A stretch of DNA of 64,000 bases from a virus: positions 96,001 through 160,000 of the IMG/VR virus record IMGVR_UViG_3300047476_000982; one strand, given 5' to 3'. A program made the position numbers and the translations under genes. Shown piece after piece: positions 20,508 through 30,683 of the stretch. The notes beneath the pieces were generated by a model. That model did no database searches and had not been told where the DNA came from. It saw only the letters and a program-made list of their open reading frames with translations. Within the stretch, counting starts at the first letter, position 1; each line of letters begins with the position of its first letter.

Positions 20508-20602
20508 ATTTGCTGTCTCTCCAAGCTGTCATACCACTTTGTATTCTGTTCTGGGGTATACCCGTTCCTAACGGTAAAGCGGTATCAAAAACCAGTATGA
20601 GT

Positions 20603-22224
20603 TTAATCTGCTAACAATTTCCTCCACCTTTGCTGCTCTTTATAAGGATCCACTACATAAGCATTAATCTCTTTCATAGCCTCATCTATACTAGTGAATG
20701 GAATTGTTTTACATCCAACAGTAACAATACATCCTATAGATAGAAATTCAATTTTAATTGGATATTCTCTAAGATAATAATTTCGGCTCATTGGTTCCTG
20801 AATTTTTACTCCTAGTTCTTCTTGCATTACTCTTGGTTCTGGAACATCTTGTAGTCTGTGATCGTACATAACTGTTTATTTTTGTTTTTATTAATTTCTA
20901 TTTATTTTATTTCAAATAAGTGCCACACAAATGGTCCATCTAGATAAGTTTCTATGTACTCTTTATTTGTATCATCAAAAGGGTGTCCTGTGCCTATAAC
21001 CTCAAACATTCTAGTTTCAGTTTCCATTTCTGGATCCACCTTTGCCCAAATACAAACATTGAATGAGTCTTGTACTTTAACTGCTAAGATCTCTGCGCCT
21101 TTTGGCATTTCTAATACGTTTTCTACTTTATACTTCCAAATCTCTTTCATAATTTATTTATCTGATATCTTAAGTCCACAATACAAATCAAGCCACGCCA
21201 TTTCACGCGCAGCTATTTTCGAATAGTGACGCTTCTTCTTCTTAATATGTTTAGTTCCCCATTCTCTCCACTCCTTATTCTGTTCTTCAGTCATGGTATA
21301 CTGTTGGAACCATTCATCAGTCCTACCTTCTACATCTTCAAACTTAAGATCGTGGCCTGCTATCTCAAACATCTTATCAATAAGTTCTTTAAGAAGCGCC
21401 CTCTCTTTGTTTGCTTTTATTTCTTGTCTTGTCATTGCTGTTTTCTTTTCGGGCCCATATATTTTTTATAGTTCCACTTAGGTCCACCTTGAAGTCTTGG
21501 TGTATAGCTATACCCTTTCTTTTTCGGGTACAAACAACTACTTCTTTTTCCTGTTACACAACCTGTAAATAGAATAGATCCTACAATTAATAATAGTACG
21601 GATGCTAGTTTAAAATTTTTCATATATGCTGTTTTAAAAGTTATTCCCTTTCTATTAAGGATTCAACTAATACCCAAATTAGAAAAAGAATACCTAAAAC
21701 TAAATTATCCATTCCAAACAGAACAGACAGTCCTAGTCCTACTACTAATTTAATTGATTTTAATCCTTGTTTAATAAATTTATTAGACCAATATTGATAA
21801 TAATTCCTCATTTCGTACGATTTTTATATATACCAAATATATGACATTTCACGGACCAGAGAAATTCTAACTTTTTAGTGAGTTAATCTCTTCTCTTAAC
21901 TCCACTAGACTCTTCTTATCTAATTCCATTTGGAGTAGCTGACCTATTACATAGCTAGTAACTATCTTTGATCTTTCTAGTAGGACATGATCCGGCTCTT
22001 TACAACCCGGGTCTGCAAATTTGTTTTCGATTATAAATTTAACTACTTTGATAATCTCTGTTGCTTCTTTTTTCATTCTCTATTTCTTTTCTTAGTTTTT
22101 GAATTTCTAATCTGTCTTTTTGATATTCATCGTTTTCGGACGGTCGGTGGCCATTGATCACGGCTCTAGTTACTTTTAGTTCTAGCGCTATTACTTTAGA
22201 TATTCTAGGGTCTTGCCAATTCAT
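20603..22224 (-). other. run of small ORFs (20603-20869, 20902-21150, 21154-21435, 21432-21623, 21641-21811, 21867-22076, 22039-22224)
   Basis: ORF track plus manual 21641-21811 (membrane peptide); 21432-21623 has a lipobox-like LFTGC. Confidence 0.65.
21834..21841 (-). promoter_or_regulatory. Bacteroidota-type -7 promoter element TATATTTG
   Basis: Matches TAnnTTTG in an intergenic position upstream of 21641-21811. Confidence 0.6.
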
Positions 22225-22406
22225 AGTCTGTTTATTATTTTATACCATAGCTTTCTTAGTATGAGTCTTGTTATTTCCCATATTAGTAATATGGTTAGGA
22301 CTTCTTGTAGTGTAGTTTCTGGCATATTTGTATTTATGGTATTTTTTAGGCCCTCTCGGAAAGTGCCCTACCCGCGGCCGCGCTTACTCATATCCTTCTA
22401 AACCTC

Positions 22407-22967
22407 TTAGTCCGGAGTATTCACAGATTGTAATTTTTTTTTAGATTCTAATTGACTAACAGTTTCTTCTTCTATACTCTCAACCTTATCTTGGTATCTT
22501 GCAAGTGTAAACAAATAGTCACTAAGTCTATTAATGTATTTAAGTATTGGTGCAGGAAAGTCTTTGAGGTGAACCAACCTTCTTTCTGCTCTTCTACAAA
22601 TAGATCTAGGAAGATGAACCATACCAATAGGAAGAATAAAGTTCTTTAATGGTTCTAATTCTTTTTCCATATCATCAATCCATCTTTCAAGATTTCTTAC
22701 ATCTTTATCTGTTATCTGTTCTAATTTAGATGTATCGAATTTAATAGGATCTGTTCCTATTAATGCACCAATATGAAACAGTTTAATTTGTATCTCTCTT
22801 AACTGTTCATCTCTATCTGTATTATATCTAAGTAGACCAATAGCAGAACTAAGTTCGTCTATATTTCCTGTTGCTTCCATTCTCCAATGGTCTTTAGATA
22901 TTCTTGTACCACCTAAAAGAGAAGTTGTTCCACTATCTCCTGTTTTTGTATATATTTTGTTTGACAT
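22407..22967 (-). CDS. pduO: ATP:cob(I)alamin adenosyltransferase, PduO type
   Basis: KIYTKTGDSGTTSL, GNIDELSSAIG, FILP, RSICRRAERR, YINRLSDYLF. Confidence 0.93.
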   Translation of the reverse strand: MSNKIYTKTGDSGTTSLLGGTRISKDHWRMEATGNIDELSSAIGLLRYNTDRDEQLREIQIKLFHIGALIGTDPIKFDTSKLEQITDKDVRNLERWIDDMEKELEPLKNFILPIGMVHLPRSICRRAERRLVHLKDFPAPILKYINRLSDYLFTLARYQDKVESIEEETVSQLESKKKLQSVNTPD

Positions 22968-23340
22968 ATCTATTTAATTTAATTCTTAATGGATAATACC
23001 ATTCGTACTTTATAAAATTCAATAACTTAAAATGTTCATTAACATCTTTTTCCCATCTAAAAATATAATCCATTAGTTCCCTCATTTCAGTCTCAGAAGG
23101 TTTCTTTGCCTTAAATTCTTCTGTATCAGTCCAATAGAATAATCTTATATCATCCCATATTCTACCCATACCTTTATCTTGTAATTCACCGTATGAAATT
23201 ATATAAGTAGGAAAGTCGTGGATCATAAACATCTGCCTTCTCTTTTCTTTTCTAGTAGGAAACTTTATTCCTGGTCTATATTCATCGTACCAATAAGTGT
23301 ACCATCTGGAAGTGCCGAAGCGACTGTATGCCATAGTCAT
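22933..23340 (-). CDS. hypothetical protein
   Basis: ORF track. Confidence 0.6.
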   Translation of the reverse strand: MTMAYSRFGTSRWYTYWYDEYRPGIKFPTRKEKRRQMFMIHDFPTYIISYGELQDKGMGRIWDDIRLFYWTDTEEFKAKKPSETEMRELMDYIFRWEKDVNEHFKLLNFIKYEWYYPLRIKLNRYVKQNIYKNRR

Positions 23341-23344
23341 AGTA

Positions 23345-23563
23345 TTAAATTACTAATAAGATATTTGAAGGTTGAGTAACAGACAAACCTATGTTTCCAT
23401 TAGAATATATTCTCATTCTTTCTACACCATGAACACCAATCATTCTATCAGTATTATTAGTTGAATTAATAACTAATTTTTGTGGTTCTGGTTCTATCTT
23501 AGGCAACGCAGTTGCTACTGCTGCCATTGTAAATAGCTTTAGAAAGTTCCTCCTATTATTCAT
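23345..23563 (-). CDS. small protein with a twin-arginine (Tat)-like signal
   Basis: MNNRRNFLKLFTMAAVATA. Confidence 0.65.
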   Translation of the reverse strand: MNNRRNFLKLFTMAAVATALPKIEPEPQKLVINSTNNTDRMIGVHGVERMRIYSNGNIGLSVTQPSNILLVI

Positions 23564-23835
23564 TATATGTTTGCTTTTCTAAGTGTTGCTTTATATTGAT
23601 CTAGAGAGAGTACTCCATTTGTAGGTTGAATAAATTCTACTTTGTCAGCATCTGTCTTCTTTACAACGAGAGGATGATATTGTTCTCCTTCATGAGTAAT
23701 AGTAAGAACACTAGGTACAAGCACTTCTTCTTTTGGTTCTTCTTTCTTTGGAGTATACGATGCTACTTTAGCTGCTACAACTCCACTAACAAATGTTGCT
23801 AGCCCTTTAAAAAATGATCTGCGATTGTTTTCCAT
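23563..23835 (-). CDS. small protein with a twin-arginine (Tat)-like signal
   Basis: MENNRRSFFKGLATFVSGVVAAKVA. Confidence 0.65.
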   Translation of the reverse strand: MENNRRSFFKGLATFVSGVVAAKVASYTPKKEEPKEEVLVPSVLTITHEGEQYHPLVVKKTDADKVEFIQPTNGVLSLDQYKATLRKANI

Positions 23836-23840
23836 ATTTT

Positions 23841-24554
23841 TTATTTTGTATTTTCATTAATGAACTTAAGTAGGTTTCCTGAGTATTCATGCCAACCTAC
23901 ATGTTTTAAATTAACTTCTGGATGAATTAATACCTGCCCTCCTGATTTTTTCCATAAAGAACAAAAACCCCAATCTTCACTTTCATAGATTCCCCTATTA
24001 TTTATTCCTACTTTAAATAAGTCATAAAAGTAATCGTTAGTACCATATCCATCTATATCATTATTGTATTTTAATTCAGGATGTTCACCCATCAAAGATT
24101 TAATAACCCATTTCTTAATCATTAAAAATCCTGTAGGTAAATAATCTAATTCTATAAAATTATCTTCTGTTATCTTTATTTCTCCTCCAACTGGAAAATC
24201 AACTCTCTCAGCATTAGGATTATTTTTTAATCTATCCCAAGTAATATATTTTTTTGGGTATATTCCAGCAATAACCGGTTTATTTGATTCTAATAATTTA
24301 AATACATCTTCTGGTTCAAATATGATATCTGAGTCAATAAATAATAAATGAGTTGAGTCAGGATCATCCATAAAATGTGCGACAGCGGCATTACGTGCTC
24401 TAGATACTAAACTTTCAAAAAATATAGGATAAAATGTACAGTTAATTCCTTTATCTCTTACAGTATTAACTAATCTAAGAATACTCATCATGTATTCTGT
24501 ATTACATGTATGATTGTAACAAATTAAAGGTATAAATAGTTTCACTGTTTTCAT
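23841..24554 (-). CDS. GT-A-like glycosyltransferase
   Basis: ESLVSRARN, HLLFIDSD, PTGFLMI, SEDWGFC. Confidence 0.75.
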   Translation of the reverse strand: MKTVKLFIPLICYNHTCNTEYMMSILRLVNTVRDKGINCTFYPIFFESLVSRARNAAVAHFMDDPDSTHLLFIDSDIIFEPEDVFKLLESNKPVIAGIYPKKYITWDRLKNNPNAERVDFPVGGEIKITEDNFIELDYLPTGFLMIKKWVIKSLMGEHPELKYNNDIDGYGTNDYFYDLFKVGINNRGIYESEDWGFCSLWKKSGGQVLIHPEVNLKHVGWHEYSGNLLKFINENTK

Positions 24555-25213
24555 ATTAATACCATCATTTTTTCATGTCCTATAACTATTTTAGGATCTA
24601 CCCAGATCTTGAACCCTTTATCTTTAATCATATCACAGAATGCTACATCTTCCATAGTAAACTCTTTTATTGTTTTACCACTTAGTTCATACTCTTTCCA
24701 AGTTGGTTGGAACCAAGGATATTCTAAAGATTCAAATACCCCTTTCTTTATTAGCATCCACCCAAAACCTGTATAAGCAACAGGAAATAAATCTTTCTTT
24801 TGTTTAATTGTATCTTGGTTTAAAAATTCATATGTTCCGTTCTTAACAAAATAATCGTGATCCCAATTTTCTACAGTAGCATAGTGAAAGTTATTTTGCA
24901 TTTTGTAAATACCACTCGCAATATCTTTATTATGATCCAGTAATTTAAAAAATTGATCAGGGTTAAATACCATATCGGAGTCTATCCACATAATATAGTC
25001 ATAGTCTACTTTACCTTGAAAAGGTTTTTGTTCTATGCCTTGAATACTGTCTCCACCTAAACACATATTTCTTACATAGTAAAGTAATGGAGAATAATGC
25101 TGGGATATTATAGGTTGTATTCCGTTTGATAAACAAGCATACATTAGTTCAGTCCATGATTGCAAAAATCTACCACTAAACTCTCTACCAGGAAGGCAAA
25201 ATATTATTTTCAT
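24551..25213 (-). CDS. GT-A-like glycosyltransferase (paralog of the neighbouring gene)
   Basis: YIMWIDSD, TGFGWMLI, MEDVAFC, IGHEK. Confidence 0.75.
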   Translation of the reverse strand: MKIIFCLPGREFSGRFLQSWTELMYACLSNGIQPIISQHYSPLLYYVRNMCLGGDSIQGIEQKPFQGKVDYDYIMWIDSDMVFNPDQFFKLLDHNKDIASGIYKMQNNFHYATVENWDHDYFVKNGTYEFLNQDTIKQKKDLFPVAYTGFGWMLIKKGVFESLEYPWFQPTWKEYELSGKTIKEFTMEDVAFCDMIKDKGFKIWVDPKIVIGHEKMMVLI

Positions 25214-25640
25214 TTTACTATTGAATACATTTTTATCTTTGATGTCCTATTCACTTCTTCTATTAACTTATTGATAGTTACTTTCCATTCTTGATATTCC
25301 TTCTTCTTCCTTTTATCTGGCATATCTTCGAACATCTCTTCTATACGATCTACTAGATCAACTACATTAGGCATTAAAAACGATTTGCAATGTTTAAAAT
25401 TAGTTGTTCTTCTTCTTGAGTTAACATATTCCACTTACCATGAAGTTTATCAAGAGCATCTTCATAGAATGATTCACTAACTGAAATAGGTCCTTCTGAA
25501 ATAGCTGTATTTCTTACGCTTCTTGGAAGATATCCGCTATCAATTAAAGAGTCAATTAGATCTTCTACTTCACTATTAGAACATTTAGACACAAATTCAT
25601 CAATATCGATGTCTACATCCTCTACATAAAAACTAGGCAT
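25210..25640 (-). other. two hypothetical ORFs (25210-, 25374-25640)
   Basis: ORF track. Confidence 0.55.
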
Positions 25641-25815
25641 AACTATTATTTTTATTTGTTATTAATTCTTTACATATTTTAAGTACTTCATTCCAATAAG
25701 ACTGCTCCTTTATGTCCTGAACGTCTTCTAATAAACTATTAACAACTTGAATGCAATCTTCTCCATATCTTTCTACTAAAAAATTCGCTCTATCTTTTAC
25801 TTGCATATACAAAAT

Positions 25816-26571
25816 TTATCTTACTGATCCTACACTTAATTTACCGTCTTCAATTATAAGATATTGTCCTGATGTTTCCATAGTATCTATGAAATAATAT
25901 CTACCTCCTGTAAATTTATCTGAACTTTCTAAGTCGAGTCTCTTCATTTGGGTATGCCCTACAATTTGAATGTAGTCTTTGTTTAATCCTTTCTCATGCT
26001 TTTTATTTGCAACCATCAAAGCACTCGGTCTAATCCAAATCGGTGTCTGTGTTGTGTTATTACCTGTGGATTCAAAACCATTAAAGTCAAATGCTCTAGG
26101 TTTATATCTAAACAATTCATTTAGATCAACTACAACATTTTCTTTTCTCCAATTTTCACCTTCATAAAAATCTTCATCCCCAAAGACTTGATCCATAAAC
26201 ACAGGACTCACACCAGCATGAGTAAATAGATATTCACCAAAACCATAAGCCATTTGTAAATGATGTCTATTCTCATCTATGACTTGCGTAATTGATGGAG
26301 CAATGCCTTTTTGAAAACCTGATGTACCTGTGTATCCTACTTCTGGAAAGTAATGATGATCGTGGTTACCTATTAACAATACTACTTCTACTTGAGGATT
26401 GTCTTCTTTATACTTTACAATCTCTTTAAAGTTATTAATCTGTTCCGCTCCACTAAACTCGAATGAGTCAAAGTAGTCGCCAATGAATATAACTCTATCA
26501 GGCTTTTCTTGGTGAATAGCTAATTTCCAATTAGATCTTCCATGAGTGTCTCCTAGTACTATCGTTTTCAT
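25816..26571 (-). CDS. calcineurin-like metallophosphoesterase
   Basis: Start MKTIVLGDTHG; GDYFD, GNHD, THAG and GHT motifs. Confidence 0.9.
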   Translation of the reverse strand: MKTIVLGDTHGRSNWKLAIHQEKPDRVIFIGDYFDSFEFSGAEQINNFKEIVKYKEDNPQVEVVLLIGNHDHHYFPEVGYTGTSGFQKGIAPSITQVIDENRHHLQMAYGFGEYLFTHAGVSPVFMDQVFGDEDFYEGENWRKENVVVDLNELFRYKPRAFDFNGFESTGNNTTQTPIWIRPSALMVANKKHEKGLNKDYIQIVGHTQMKRLDLESSDKFTGGRYYFIDTMETSGQYLIIEDGKLSVGSVR

Positions 26572-26915
26572 TTCCACAATATTTGTACCAAAATTATACA
26601 TAATGCAAGAAATAAACAAATTGAAGTCTTTAGTGTTATACCTTCTTTGAATAATATCCAACTTAATATACTAAAGATAATAACTCCAATCCCAAAACCT
26701 AATAGTCTTGAAGGCCACTGCTGTCCATGAAATGCTAAGATAAAATTTTGAACACTCTTCATGAATGCCCAACTAATAGGAAGGCCAAGGAACATAAGAG
26801 CCCAACCGAATTTGTCGGTCCAACCCCATTTAACGCCAGCTTGTAATTGTATGAATGATAAGACTTGTCCTATGATACCATAAAGAACTCCGTAAACTAA
26901 ATTTAACAAAACCAT
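26568..26915 (-). CDS. four-TM small membrane protein (DMT/SMR-like size)
   Basis: Four hydrophobic segments in 115 aa. Confidence 0.55.
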   Translation of the reverse strand: MVLLNLVYGVLYGIIGQVLSFIQLQAGVKWGWTDKFGWALMFLGLPISWAFMKSVQNFILAFHGQQWPSRLLGFGIGVIIFSILSWILFKEGITLKTSICLFLALCIILVQILWK

Positions 26916-26927
26916 TTTATTTATTTT

Positions 26928-27206
26928 TTATTCCTCTTCTGTACTCAAATACAATCCAGAGGATTTGTTACCGCCATCTTCTGCAATGGCTTCTTTATTA
27001 ATTAATTCATTGATCTCTTTCTTAATCTCTTTTATAGCATCGATATATTCCTTAAGTTTCTTTTGATCATCAGGAGAAAGTTTTGCCACTCTCTCTTTCA
27101 TGCTCATAGTACCTTCAACAGGAACGGTTTCCTCTTGTGCCATTGATTCATCTTCCATCAATGATAGTATTGCTTTGCTATACTTAACTGGATCTACGTA
27201 ATTCAT
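26928..27206 (-). CDS. acidic hypothetical protein
   Basis: Start trimmed to MNYVDPVKY. Confidence 0.6.
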   Translation of the reverse strand: MNYVDPVKYSKAILSLMEDESMAQEETVPVEGTMSMKERVAKLSPDDQKKLKEYIDAIKEIKKEINELINKEAIAEDGGNKSSGLYLSTEEE

Positions 27207-27216
27207 TTTGTTCTTT

Positions 27217-27420
27217 CTAATAAATATTAGACATGCGAGCAATTTCCTTTGCTACATTCTTATCTTTAATGACATGAACTTCAAAGTCGCTTTTAGATCC
27301 TGCTGCTACGATACCTGTATATCTCTCGGCAGTTGAATGCTTTACACAAGAAGTAGAATATCCTAATGCTACACGTTTTGGGTGGATCTCAGTTCCACAC
27401 ACTTTACAATATTTTTTCAT
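27217..27420 (-). CDS. DksA/TraR-like C4 zinc-finger protein
   Basis: CKVCGTEIHPKRVALGYSTSCVKH. Confidence 0.5.
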   Translation of the reverse strand: MKKYCKVCGTEIHPKRVALGYSTSCVKHSTAERYTGIVAAGSKSDFEVHVIKDKNVAKEIARMSNIY

Positions 27421-28564
27421 AACTCTTGAATTTGTTTTAATAGTTCTGTAACTTGTTCAGGCGTTAAATACCCTCTAACATCTCCATTTGCTACTGGATT
27501 ATCATAATGGATTTGTCCGTCTTGATTTAATACAGCAAGCTCATATAGACCTTCTCTGCCTCCATAACTATAGTTGTGTCTAACTATACTGGCTCCATAT
27601 CCATTATCAAATTCTACTCTACATTGAACTCCATTATAGAATTGATCTTTCATTTCTATAAATTCTAGATCTTTAAATGTTTTCATTATTCAGCATTTTC
27701 TTTTTTAGCGTATTGCCTATTGTATCTATCGGTTGTATACTTACTATCACTTTCAGATCCACCATTCTGCCAATTAAATACATCATCGATAAACTCATTA
27801 AATCTTTTAATTGTTACTGTAATTTCTTTGAGTGAATGATTATCATTAGAAATCTCTAATGTACATTTGTACTTGTTTAATTCTTTCACTTTGAATGCAC
27901 TTACATACACATAATCGTAATTGCTTCTACCTATTTGCAATTTCATTTGATGTTTGATATCTTCTAAAGTAACTTCACCAGTGTCGTAATTTCTATTGAT
28001 ATATTTCTTAGTGTTTAGTTCACAAGAGAAGCCAACTTTTTTGTATTGATTCTTTAATTCATTAGCAATATCATATTTTGTATTACTAATCGTAGTACGT
28101 AACTCTGCGCATTCTCTTTCCATTTTATTTGCTTCACGATATATCTCTAAGAATGCTGGACTCCATTCATGCTTGAACTTATTTTCTATCTCTTGAAACT
28201 TAGCAGCTACAGCTCCGAATATCTGTACATCGGCTAGAACAAATCCGTCTTTTGCCGTAGCTCTAGAACTATACCAACTAAATTCAGCATACTTAGATCT
28301 ATTTTCACTTCTATAGTCATGCATTAGAGAAATCGTACACGAATTCCAACGTGCATGCTCTTCAAATTTCATGATCTCAATCCTGTCACTAGTAGCAACT
28401 ATTTTTTGAATTAAATTAGATACATTTTCTTGGAACCAAGATAAGACGGCGGCATTTTGTGTTTCATAAGCTGGCTTGACTACGTCATTTTCGTAGGCTT
28501 CTGTTTCTGATTCTTTTGTCTTGAGTTGTGCTTCTAACGCTGAGAGGATAATTTGCTTATTCAT
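27417..28564 (-). other. two hypothetical ORFs (27417-27686; 27686-28564, coiled-coil rich)
   Basis: ORF track; 28564 is the first gene behind cassette 4. Confidence 0.7.
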
Positions 28565-28720
28565 AACCTTTATTTGTTTGATACATAGTAAAATTAAGAC
28601 ATTCCGTCGAAATAAAAAAATTTATTTTAGTCTTTTTCAAAAATTGTCGATTGAAAATCAATAAGTTATAAGTAATTGATTATCAATAAGTTATAAATGG
28701 TTGGAAATCAATCAGTTATG
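28562..28720 (-). promoter_or_regulatory. promoter cassette copy 4
   Basis: Repeats at 28651-28670, 28676-28695 and 28701-28720 (25-bp period) plus the conserved core. Confidence 0.85.
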
Positions 28721-29029
28721 AGAGGTGTACTTCAGGATTAGTTGGTCTATGATCTGTTTATCTGATTGATCAAATGACTTTTTATTTTGAACCTTTTTTA
28801 CGTAGTCAATATGCTTCTCAATTACTTCTAACTTAATTGCGTAATTTGAATGCTTGACTTTATTTTCGTTTGCGAATTTATATTCGTGAGTGAGTATCTC
28901 TTTTAGTGTCTGTACTTTTCTAATATAATTATTTTCGACTTCTTTTTTATCGAAATGTTCTTTAGCTTCCATTGCCTTAACTAACTTATCTCCCATTTTG
29001 CCTAAAGAATATTTCCTGTAATCCATCAC
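28712..29029 (-). CDS. hypothetical protein
   Basis: ORF track. Confidence 0.6.
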   Translation of the reverse strand: MMDYRKYSLGKMGDKLVKAMEAKEHFDKKEVENNYIRKVQTLKEILTHEYKFANENKVKHSNYAIKLEVIEKHIDYVKKVQNKKSFDQSDKQIIDQLILKYTSHN

Positions 29030-29316
29030 TCATTATTTTTAACCATGTACTTGAATATTGTTTTCTGTAGTTCTCTTAACGCCTCAGTATTTTCTCTTAT
29101 GAGTTCAGCCAATCTATCTCTTTCTTCTGCAATCATGGCCATCATCTCATCTTGAAGCTTATCTACTTTTTCTTCTAAAGCATCATTCTTTTTAACAAGT
29201 CTTTGATATTGCATCCATGCAAAATATCCAAGTAAAAAAGCAAGCATACCCAAAACTCCGTATTGTAAAAAATACTCTCTTATGTGTTCTGATTCTGCTA
29301 CCTGAAGTAAGGTCAT
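29026..29316 (-). CDS. holin-like (BhlA/UviB-like) membrane protein
   Basis: YFLQYGVLG plus one TM segment and a coiled coil; late-type motif upstream. Confidence 0.45.
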   Translation of the reverse strand: MTLLQVAESEHIREYFLQYGVLGMLAFLLGYFAWMQYQRLVKKNDALEEKVDKLQDEMMAMIAEERDRLAELIRENTEALRELQKTIFKYMVKNNE

Positions 29317-29364
29317 ACTTTATAGTTATTTTATATAACAATAAATATTAATAATAAAATTAAA

Positions 29365-29745
29365 CTACTTAGTACCAAACAGTTCTTTTAAACACTTTTT
29401 TGTGTCCCTTTTAGCAATTTTTGTTGCCTCAATTTCCATGGGATTTTTATGATCTGGTAGATACATTGCAAGTATCTGATAATGTTTCATGTTTTGTTTG
29501 TAGTGTATATACTCATGAATGATACTATTTGCTAACTCATTTAAATTATCATTAGCAACCTTATCTACAAATATAACGGCATCAATCTCATCATAATAGG
29601 CTATACATCCTTCTGTATAGTAATCTGGTTTCTTAAACTCTATTTCTGGGATTGGTCTATTGAACTTAGATTTGCCATAAGTTTTTATACACCAATCAAG
29701 GATTTGATTTACGTGTTTTCTTGTAGGCTTTATTGTTAAATCCAT
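29365..29745 (-). CDS. HExxH zinc-metalloprotease-like protein
   Basis: SIIHEYIHYKQ ... PMEIEA. Confidence 0.65.
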   Translation of the reverse strand: MDLTIKPTRKHVNQILDWCIKTYGKSKFNRPIPEIEFKKPDYYTEGCIAYYDEIDAVIFVDKVANDNLNELANSIIHEYIHYKQNMKHYQILAMYLPDHKNPMEIEATKIAKRDTKKCLKELFGTK

Positions 29746-29747
29746 AA

Positions 29748-30341
29748 CTATAAGTTTTCTTGTATAAATACTTTTTCTATTCTTTTAGGTGTTATTGAAT
29801 AATCTGCTTTAAAATATCTTGGCATCTTTTCTATGATCTTTTGGTTACTGTATGGACTATTGTTTGGAGTAGCCCACTTTCTTGTAGCTAACAATCTATT
29901 GTAGAAGTAGATATACGCATTAGCTTTCTTTATATAACTATCAATATCTACATCTAAACCAAACTTTTTAATAATTCTTACAGACCTTTTTTCGTTATCT
30001 AATTCTAATTCTCTAGATACTGCCAAATGCTTCTTGATATTAGGAACATCTTCACCTTCTAACCAAGCATCTACAAGAGGCATACTTACCATACACTTCT
30101 TCCATATATCTATTTGCTCTACCCATTGTGTAAGATGAGAAAATTCATGTGCAAGGATCTCTATCCAATCCTTCCTATTCATTGAACAAACAAGAGCTGG
30201 AGCATCTTCATCAAAGTATCCTGAGCACTTTATATTTCCTGATAGTCTGACGTATCTAGTTTTCCTCAAATCACATTTGACTCCGTACTTTTTACATTCA
30301 GACTTTACGTATTTGACGAACTCTCTTTCCTTCTTGTTCAT
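29748..30341 (-). CDS. HExxH zinc-metalloprotease-like protein
   Basis: ILAHEFSHLTQW ... ELELDNE. Confidence 0.6.
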   Translation of the reverse strand: MNKKEREFVKYVKSECKKYGVKCDLRKTRYVRLSGNIKCSGYFDEDAPALVCSMNRKDWIEILAHEFSHLTQWVEQIDIWKKCMVSMPLVDAWLEGEDVPNIKKHLAVSRELELDNEKRSVRIIKKFGLDVDIDSYIKKANAYIYFYNRLLATRKWATPNNSPYSNQKIIEKMPRYFKADYSITPKRIEKVFIQENL

Positions 30342-30359
30342 ATAGATAGGTTTTAGGTC

Positions 30360-30683
30360 CTATGATAAATATGAACCCTTTAAGTCCTCTATATGTTTAC
30401 AGCTTCTTTTATTTCCAGAAAATTTAAAAGAGTGACAATTACACTCCCAAGTTTTTCCTTTGAGTGTCACTAGGTACTTCTTACCTTTTGTGCCTTGCAC
30501 GTCCCACTCGATATCTCTTTCAAATGCAGGATTCTTTCCACCTCTATGAGGCTTCTTGAACCATAGGATCTGATCTCTTGTAGTACCTTGAGGCAAATCT
30601 CTTCTCCCGTCATCATCTATTAGATAAGGACCTTTCTCGTCTATCCAAAAGAACGGAACTATAAAAGAGTGCACAATTATCAT
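30360..30683 (-). CDS. SWIM zinc-finger protein
   Basis: KYLVTL...WECNCHSF...SCKHI (CxCx(n)CxH). Confidence 0.8.
   Translation of the reverse strand: MIIVHSFIVPFFWIDEKGPYLIDDDGRRDLPQGTTRDQILWFKKPHRGGKNPAFERDIEWDVQGTKGKKYLVTLKGKTWECNCHSFKFSGNKRSCKHIEDLKGSYLS

Noticed and set aside
22221-22325. Possible 34-aa membrane peptide (MPETTLQEVL...)
   Set aside because: Very short with no independent support
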